A stretch of DNA of 64,000 nt from the NCBI GenBank assembly GCA_016839805.1, contig JAEOTO010000006.1, forward strand, positions 64,001 through 128,000, read 5' to 3'. The notes beneath the pieces were generated by a model. It was not told the DNA's origin and did no database searches. It saw only the letters and a list, made by a program, of their open reading frames with translations. This stretch comes from Candidatus Hermodarchaeota archaeon (GTDB taxonomy: Archaea > Asgardarchaeota > Hermodarchaeia > Hermodarchaeales > Hermodarchaeaceae). Below, one piece after another: positions 58,027 through 64,000 of the stretch. Within the stretch, counting starts at the first letter, position 1. Each line of letters opens with the position of its first letter. The translations under genes were made by a program, and so were the position numbers.

Positions 58027-59336
58027 TGGCTATCAGTTCAATGGGGATTGCAGCATTGGTGTTACGTTTACAGTACATAAAATATCAAATTAAAGGAACA
58101 CACCTGCTGCCTTATTTTCTAACGACTCCCCTTGATCAATCCCTCCCACAACGACTAATTGATTATTTCGAATCTCATATCGATAAAATCCGCGATAACA
58201 TTGATTTCGAAGAACCCTTAACTTGGGCACCAGATAATCGTGTGGTTCGTGCACTCACTGCAACTTTGTTAAACCGGTTCTATTCATTCTCCTCGCATCA
58301 ACTCGAAGACTACCTTGATCAAACTCAACTTACCGCATTGAAACGACAAGGGATTGCTTCATTAGAGGATTTCCGTCTCTGGTTTTGGCAATATGTACAA
58401 GATCACCAAGGAGGATTCTTTGCTCGTGAAAATCGACAAAAAACCTTCAGCGATGTCAGTGAAAATCTTGGATTATCCCCCAAATCTATTGAATCACTGC
58501 TTACTGCACACCGCGAAGAACAAATGCTTTTACAACGGAAAAACTCTCCACCATCCGCTGAACAATTAATCGCCGCCTATAATTATGAGGTGTTCGAAAC
58601 CTTTCTTTATCATTGCGACTCGGTGAATCTTACTGTCAGCGGAACTAGTTTGGGGACAACAGCTCGATCCCTTCTTAAATATACAAAGCGCTATGGGGTC
58701 TTAGTCGAACTAGAATCCGACAACGGTACTATCCGCGCAACTCTTGCAGGTCCCCAGGTATTTTTTGGTCGTGCAACATCTTTTGGATGGAATATTGCCC
58801 AAGTCATAACTCATTTGTTGCAAGAAGCCCCAAGCCTAAAAATTCGTGTCGAGAAGGTTTCTATTGATGTGATTCTTCGAGATCATCATTATATTGTGCA
58901 ATTGGACTCAAAATCGATACCCGTGCTACTCCCACGAGGACAGATTCGCGAAGATATGGCGTTCCTTGATTCTAAAGTGGAGAAACAATTCTATTGGAGT
59001 TGGCACAACAACAAATTTCGTGGCTGGGATATCATTCGTGAGCCTGAGGCATTCATTTTTGGTTCTTATTTGATTATTCCAGATTTTGCTCTAGTGAAAG
59101 GAGAACACCGAGTTCTTGTTGAAATCATCGGCTATTGGCGCGAAGAATATACACAAAAGAAACGTGTTCAGTTAGAACTATTGAAGCAGCACGGTTTGAA
59201 ACACATGATACTCCTTGTTGATACTAAACATCGCAAATACTTCACAAAGTCAATTTATCCTGTGGTCTTCTACCGAATAAGAAGTAAACGGTATGAGATT
59301 CCATATGGAAAAATCTTGAACGCCCTTCCAGACTAA
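58026..59336 (+). CDS. DUF790/Bax1-family nuclease (XPB partner)
   Basis: DSKVEKQF, W.I.REP, IIPDFAL, VEIIGYW..EY..KK; TAATG overlap with the upstream gene. Confidence 0.9.
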   Translation: MAISSMGIAALVLRLQYIKYQIKGTHLLPYFLTTPLDQSLPQRLIDYFESHIDKIRDNIDFEEPLTWAPDNRVVRALTATLLNRFYSFSSHQLEDYLDQTQLTALKRQGIASLEDFRLWFWQYVQDHQGGFFARENRQKTFSDVSENLGLSPKSIESLLTAHREEQMLLQRKNSPPSAEQLIAAYNYEVFETFLYHCDSVNLTVSGTSLGTTARSLLKYTKRYGVLVELESDNGTIRATLAGPQVFFGRATSFGWNIAQVITHLLQEAPSLKIRVEKVSIDVILRDHHYIVQLDSKSIPVLLPRGQIREDMAFLDSKVEKQFYWSWHNNKFRGWDIIREPEAFIFGSYLIIPDFALVKGEHRVLVEIIGYWREEYTQKKRVQLELLKQHGLKHMILLVDTKHRKYFTKSIYPVVFYRIRSKRYEIPYGKILNALPD

Positions 59337-59524
59337 ACTCATAAAGCATTTTAAACGGATGGTTTAAATACATGAACCCGGAACGATTGCTCCAGTCAAA
59401 CATTGATGGGCTGATGCCTTGGAATTTCCTCACTCCTAACCAATCATTGCTCGTTCTTAATCCCTACTTATTTAGCTTCCTCAGCCCCTCAAGGTATTCA
59501 TTCTCTTCTTAGGATGGAGGTCAT

Positions 59525-61066
59525 ATGAAGTACAGATTATCAAAAAAAGCTCGGCAAATTCTTTCCCATCTTAAAACTACAAAAACCCCCCTTTCTTCTT
59601 CATCAATTGCAAAATCTCTGGCTTTACCAGATGAAACGGTCCGGAGTCTCTTGGAAAGTCTTCGTCAGCAGAAACTCATTGAAGACTACGAAACAACGCA
59701 AACCGAATATTATCAATTGACAACTGAGGGGAAGCAATTTGCTACTAAGGGACTACCAGAGATACGGTTAGTAAAAATATTGACCAAACAAGGGGGAGAA
59801 GGTTCTGTTATTTCTGTGGCAAATGATAAGACTCTCGAACTTTCTGAACAACAACTAGCCTTAGGTTGGGCGCGCCGAAACGGGTGGATTACTGTTTCGA
59901 AACGCGATGGTCAAACATGGATGAAATTGAAAGCGAATGCAGTGAAAGCCGTTAAACAGCACCTCCTTCAGCGAGCCTTAAATGTCGCTTCCAAGTCTGG
60001 AAGACTTCAACAAGAGAATATGAGTATAGATGTGAAAGAATGGACAGCGATTCAACGCGATCTTATTAAACGGAGTCTAGCAGAACTTGTCACACATCAA
60101 AGTGTTTCTGTAATTATCACCTCCGAAGGAAACCAGGCACTTGAAACATCACTGGCCCAAAAAGACTCAATTCAGGATTTATCTCCCGAAATAATCAAAT
60201 CTGAAGCCTGGAAGGATCAAACTTTTTTGCCATATAATCTCGCTGCCCCAACTTCTCGACTTTTTCCAGGGAAAAAACATCCTTATATTGAGTTTATCGA
60301 TCGCGTGAAACGAATTCTTCTTGGCTTAGGGTTCCAAGAAGCTAAAGGACCTCTCGTTGAGGTGGAATTCTGGAACAGCGATGCTCTCTTTATGCCCCAA
60401 GACCATGTAGCTCGGGAAGTCCACGATCTCTATCATATTAAAAATCCCAAGGGACCTGGCAAAATAATTGATCAGTCAGCCTTAGAACATGTAGCTAAGA
60501 CGCATGAAAATGGCTGGAAGACGGGATCAACTGGATGGCGTTATACCTATAGCTTCGACATTGCTCAACAACTTGTTTTACGTAGCCAAACTACTGCGGT
60601 TTCTGTTCGTTTTCTATCCAAACATAAGCAAGCTCCATTACGTATGTTCAGTATTGACCGGAATTTCCGTCCAGAAAAATTTGATGCAACTCACTCTGCT
60701 GAATTTCTTCAATGTGAAGGAATTATTGGAGGTGAAGGTCTTACCCTCCGGGATCTTATGGGTTACCTTCGGGCAATTGCAGAAGGTGTAGGTATTGAAC
60801 AACTTAAATTCAAACCCGGATTCTTCCCTTTCACCGAACCATCCATTGAAGGATTCATTTACATACCGGGACTTGGCTGGAAAGAAGCACTTCCAGGGGG
60901 AATATTTCGTCCAGAAGTCACTCTTCCTTTTGGTATCGACTTTCCTATTCTAGCTTGGGGAATCGGTATTGATCGGTTAGCCATGGCGGCATTGGGAATA
61001 AATGATATTCGTGAACTGGCTACCCGAAATCTTGGTTGGCTTAGAAAAGTCTCGATGAGATTCTAA
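59525..61066 (+). CDS. pheS: Phenylalanyl-tRNA synthetase alpha subunit
   Basis: PGKKHP, FWNSDALFMPQDH, FFPFTEPS, AWGIGIDRLAM; N-terminal wHTH extension. Confidence 0.97.
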   Translation: MKYRLSKKARQILSHLKTTKTPLSSSSIAKSLALPDETVRSLLESLRQQKLIEDYETTQTEYYQLTTEGKQFATKGLPEIRLVKILTKQGGEGSVISVANDKTLELSEQQLALGWARRNGWITVSKRDGQTWMKLKANAVKAVKQHLLQRALNVASKSGRLQQENMSIDVKEWTAIQRDLIKRSLAELVTHQSVSVIITSEGNQALETSLAQKDSIQDLSPEIIKSEAWKDQTFLPYNLAAPTSRLFPGKKHPYIEFIDRVKRILLGLGFQEAKGPLVEVEFWNSDALFMPQDHVAREVHDLYHIKNPKGPGKIIDQSALEHVAKTHENGWKTGSTGWRYTYSFDIAQQLVLRSQTTAVSVRFLSKHKQAPLRMFSIDRNFRPEKFDATHSAEFLQCEGIIGGEGLTLRDLMGYLRAIAEGVGIEQLKFKPGFFPFTEPSIEGFIYIPGLGWKEALPGGIFRPEVTLPFGIDFPILAWGIGIDRLAMAALGINDIRELATRNLGWLRKVSMRF

Positions 61067-61079
61067 AGAGGTGAACGTG

Positions 61080-62768
61080 ATGAATGTAGAAGTTAGGATA
61101 TCAGATCTTCTGGCACTGATCGGAAAGAACCTGTCCCTTGAAGAACTAGAAGAACACCTCTTCTTACTCAAATGTGAAATTGACAGTCAAATTAATGACG
61201 TTGTTATTATCGAAGTAAATCCTGACCGTGTTGACATGCTTTCAACCGAGGGTATTGCACGGGGACTACGTGGCTTCTTAGAAATTGAAACAGGGGCGCC
61301 TTCCTATGTGGTTCGAAAATCTGATTGGCAAGCTATTGTAGATCCATCTGTAGCACAGGTTCGTCCTTACTTAGCTTGTGGAATCATCCGCGACCTTCAA
61401 TTAGATGATGACCTAATTGCCGAATTCATGCAACTTCAAGAACGCCTTACAGGTACCTTTGGTCGGAATCGAAAGCGAACCAGTATTGGACTTTATGTCT
61501 TAGACCTCATTACGCCTCCGATTCATTATCGAACCGAACCTCCAGATGTGATCAAGTTTGTTCCGCTTGAATTTCAGACTCCACTAACAGCTAAACAGAT
61601 TCTCCGTCAACATCCCAAGGGGCAAGAATTTGGGAAAATAATCAAAGATTTTCCACAATATCCCCTCCTCGTTGATGCAGAGAACCAAGTGCTAAGTTTA
61701 CCGCCAGTAATTAACAGCAACGATTTGGGTCGACTAGTTGAAACCACAAAAGACATCTTTGTCGAAGTCACTGGAACTCACAAGTTAACTACAATTCAAA
61801 CTTTGAACATAATGATCACGGCCCTAGCTGAACGAGGGGGTATTCTTGAGGATGTTGAGGTGGTGTATCCTAAAGAACGTGAACGGCTTCCGGACCTTTC
61901 CTCGACGCATCGCGAACTTTCAATACAGAATATTAACCAGATTATCGGTTACGATTTTGATGGAACTACCATCGAGAAAGCGTTAGGACGGATGCGAATA
62001 AGTTCCTCGGTTCACGAAGGTGTTGTGAATGTCGAAATTCCTGCATACCGTGTGGATATCCTTCATGATGTCGATATCGTTGAGGATGTCGCTATCGGTT
62101 TTGGATATGACCGTATTGAGGCGACAATTCCCCAGTTGATGACAATTGGACATGAGCTTCCAATAACGACTATGTTACGGACTTTTCGTGATTTGATGGT
62201 GGGTTTAGGCTATCAAGAAATCCATAATTACATCTTGACGAATACTCGTGTACTCTTTGAGAAGATGAATCGTTCCAGAAAGGCCGTCGTCGAAATCGCT
62301 AATCCCAAATCAATGGAGTACCATATAATGCGAAATAGCCTTCTCCCTGGATTATTAGCGTTCCTCGGAGAAAATACTGCTGAAGAGCTACCCCATCACA
62401 TCTTCGAATTAGGCGATGTAGTTACAGTTGATCTGAACGCTGAGACTTGCACTAATACGGTTCCGTATATAGCTGCAGCAACAGTGAATTCTCGAGTTGA
62501 TATTACATCACTGAAAGCTGAACTTATGACGCTTCTAGGAAACCTTGGACTATCTGCCAAAGTGAAAAAAGCCTCTAATGTTTCCTTTATCAAAGGACGT
62601 GTAGCGAATTTATTCATAGAGGGCCAGCGACTAGGAGTAATTGGCGAAATCCACCCGGCAGTATTGCAGAATTATGGAATAGAAGCACCATGTGTCGCCT
62701 TTGAATTCGAAATTCTTGCGGAATGGGTTCCAATAATGAATCGTGGGAGTTCCCGCCAAAAAGATTAA
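61080..62768 (+). CDS. pheT: Phenylalanyl-tRNA synthetase beta subunit
   Basis: PDRVDMLS.EG.AR, LSLPPVINS, YRVDILH.VDIVEDVAI, GEIHP. Confidence 0.97.
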   Translation: MNVEVRISDLLALIGKNLSLEELEEHLFLLKCEIDSQINDVVIIEVNPDRVDMLSTEGIARGLRGFLEIETGAPSYVVRKSDWQAIVDPSVAQVRPYLACGIIRDLQLDDDLIAEFMQLQERLTGTFGRNRKRTSIGLYVLDLITPPIHYRTEPPDVIKFVPLEFQTPLTAKQILRQHPKGQEFGKIIKDFPQYPLLVDAENQVLSLPPVINSNDLGRLVETTKDIFVEVTGTHKLTTIQTLNIMITALAERGGILEDVEVVYPKERERLPDLSSTHRELSIQNINQIIGYDFDGTTIEKALGRMRISSSVHEGVVNVEIPAYRVDILHDVDIVEDVAIGFGYDRIEATIPQLMTIGHELPITTMLRTFRDLMVGLGYQEIHNYILTNTRVLFEKMNRSRKAVVEIANPKSMEYHIMRNSLLPGLLAFLGENTAEELPHHIFELGDVVTVDLNAETCTNTVPYIAAATVNSRVDITSLKAELMTLLGNLGLSAKVKKASNVSFIKGRVANLFIEGQRLGVIGEIHPAVLQNYGIEAPCVAFEFEILAEWVPIMNRGSSRQKD

Positions 62769-62833
62769 TTTGCTAGACAACTAGAGTAGTCGCTACATGT
62801 ACGGACACCTTTAGCAATTCGGTTAAGGGTTTC

Positions 62834-63697
62834 ATGTACAAATCTCTCACACCAACGTGGTGTAAAACCTTGGCAAAGCACTCTAATCTACTTTCACGGC
62901 TTCTCCAATTAACTGCCCTCATCTTCTTCATCTATGCCCTCTACCGACTTTATCGGTACTTTACCAACTGGCTAATACCTCCTGAATACATGATTTATGC
63001 CATTTTTGCCGCGATTGTCATGGGCGTTGGCATCCTTATCTTCGATGATGTGTTCAAACCCGGAAAAGATTTCGTTGGCTGGGCATTTCTCATGGGCGTT
63101 GGCATTCTCTCACTTCTAACAGGAATCATTTTCATCTTTTTACCCTACTTCCCGCTTGATCCTCCAAATATATTCACAGGTCCTTTTTGGACGCGCGCCA
63201 TCTTCTTCATAGTTATGGGACTAGTCATTATTATCGAATCACTTCTTATCCGTAGAGACGTTGTACCTGGCGAACATGGTGTGAATTCCGACACAATCGG
63301 TCCCCTTCTCCTCAAATTCATTGCTATCTTCACGCTTGCCTGGGGCAGTTATCAAATGGCCTGGGTTCTTGTTCCCTTCCTTCGCAATGTAACAATCGTC
63401 TCAATGTTACCACTTTTCTTCTCAGCACTAGGAAATGTCATGGTCGGCTTGATACTTCTCATCTATGTTGAAACCCAAAAACGGCAGCCCCTCTTCCGCT
63501 TCAGACGACTCCCGCTCTTTCTTAGTTTTCTACTAGTACTGATGATTCTCCCACTTACTACATTTTACATCTCGATTTACTTTGTTAATCCAACGCTCTT
63601 CGATATCCTGATGAATGCTATTGTAGGGTTAGCACTTGGTCTCACCCTCTTAGCCATATCATTTTACATTGTATACCATCCGACCAAAGCACGCTAG
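62834..63697 (+). CDS. Multi-pass membrane protein
   Basis: About 8 hydrophobic segments. Confidence 0.8.
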   Translation: MYKSLTPTWCKTLAKHSNLLSRLLQLTALIFFIYALYRLYRYFTNWLIPPEYMIYAIFAAIVMGVGILIFDDVFKPGKDFVGWAFLMGVGILSLLTGIIFIFLPYFPLDPPNIFTGPFWTRAIFFIVMGLVIIIESLLIRRDVVPGEHGVNSDTIGPLLLKFIAIFTLAWGSYQMAWVLVPFLRNVTIVSMLPLFFSALGNVMVGLILLIYVETQKRQPLFRFRRLPLFLSFLLVLMILPLTTFYISIYFVNPTLFDILMNAIVGLALGLTLLAISFYIVYHPTKAR

Positions 63698-63716
63698 CTT
63701 TGGTCCTTTCCATTCT

Positions 63717-64000
63717 TTATAACCCAAAGCGCGTACAGATCTGTTCGTATACGCGAGTCCGATTTTCAGGAGTAAGAATCAATATTGTGACATCATCACG
63801 ATTTTTCACGAAGGTTACAAACGGTCCTTTCAGCTTCATTCCAAGTGTTCCCAAGACAGGTTTAGGTGAATCCAACGCATCAATCACACTTCGCGAGAAT
63901 TCTGGGACTGCTAATTCCATCTTCCCAATTTCATCAATCACTACCAAATCAACTGAACGGATAGCTTGATCGATAGCGGTGACTCCAATATCTTGAACCG
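63717..64000 (-). CDS. NTPase (THEP1/NTPCR family), 5' part beyond window
   Basis: DLVVIDEIGKMEL, KPVLGT, LTPENR; frame open to the window edge. Confidence 0.88.
   Translation of the reverse strand, partial: VQDIGVTAIDQAIRSVDLVVIDEIGKMELAVPEFSRSVIDALDSPKPVLGTLGMKLKGPFVTFVKNRDDVTILILTPENRTRVYEQICTRFGL

Noticed and set aside
59370-59420. Possible C/D box sRNA (TGATG...CTGA)
   Set aside because: No good RTGATGA C box and the box spacing is wrong.

Overview
Gene-dense archaeal chromosomal segment, most consistent with an Asgard archaeon: it carries many eukaryotic-signature proteins (three small GTPases, six longin/roadblock-domain proteins, an ESCRT-II Vps22/36-like protein, a CdvA-like coiled coil, a MIT+PLD protein) alongside archaeal housekeeping genes (gltX, asnS, pheS/pheT, endA, rnhB, ATP-dependent DNA ligase, SSB, histone, XPB/Bax1, GGPP synthase/reductase, AOR). 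The class cannot be assigned from sequence alone. Mobile DNA consists of a tnpB-only IS200/IS605 element with a Fanzor-type rearranged RuvC inserted in the ssb/lig promoter, and a 218-bp protein-free IS200/IS605 element carrying an omega-RNA. I found no tRNA, rRNA or CRISPR array. Most notable observations: (1) kb-scale tracts of extreme C/A versus G/T strand bias that ignore gene orientation and flip polarity sharply, twice inside a gene; (2) a longin-TFB-cyclin fusion in an apparent operon with a longin-GTPase; (3) two longin genes that apparently must start at ATT or ATC; (4) a MITD1-like architecture; (5) a candidate structured sRNA rich in anti-Shine-Dalgarno motifs. All domain calls were made by eye from motifs, without database searches.
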